64,000 nt of DNA from an uncultured Gemmatimonadaceae bacterium (GTDB taxonomy: Bacteria > Gemmatimonadota > Gemmatimonadetes > Gemmatimonadales > Gemmatimonadaceae): contig OY970320.1 of NCBI GenBank assembly GCA_963716745.1, forward strand, positions 1,312,001 to 1,376,000. Reading direction: 5' to 3'. Below are positions 62,773 through 64,000 of this stretch, one piece after another. The position numbers and the translations under genes are program-made. Under the pieces are notes generated by a model. It saw only the letters and a program-made list of their open reading frames with translations. It was not told where the DNA came from and ran no database searches. Each line of letters opens with the position of its first letter. Positions within the stretch are counted from its first letter, which is position 1.

Positions 62773-64000
<1,228 letters not shown>

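Overview
A high-GC bacterial chromosomal segment. Gene content and protein style suggest Gemmatimonadota (inference). It holds about 66 protein-coding genes; I found no rRNA, tRNA, CRISPR array or transposase. Contents in order: two GT9 glycosyltransferases around a split DUF4254; maf-dtd-epimerase; a complete kdp locus with an unusual three-part sensor (KdpD-N/USP plus an apparent pseudokinase, divergent from kdpE and a membrane KdpD kinase); ABC and duplicated-permease (ADOP-type) cassettes with PadR regulators; a low-GC two-gene islet (membrane protein plus AbiJ-NTD4-like protein) directly downstream of glmS; glmS/glmM; MCP plus a degenerate adenylate-forming enzyme; HD-GYP regulator; metB-M48-purD-mutM-uvrC-like; late menaquinone genes; an ECF sigma operon; MATE, mrp, nifU-like, nrnA; an amino-acid permease with a PLP decarboxylase; guaB. 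About 17 small frameshifts, two of them in glmS, point to long-read indel errors rather than true pseudogenes. The most unusual signal is non-coding. At least nine intergenic repeat elements from several families are present, six of them 100-220 bp imperfect palindromes. Their arms are built from short periodic units, and two share a conserved central palindrome. Several sit at a sharp local G/C-skew inversion that extends into synonymous positions of the flanking genes.
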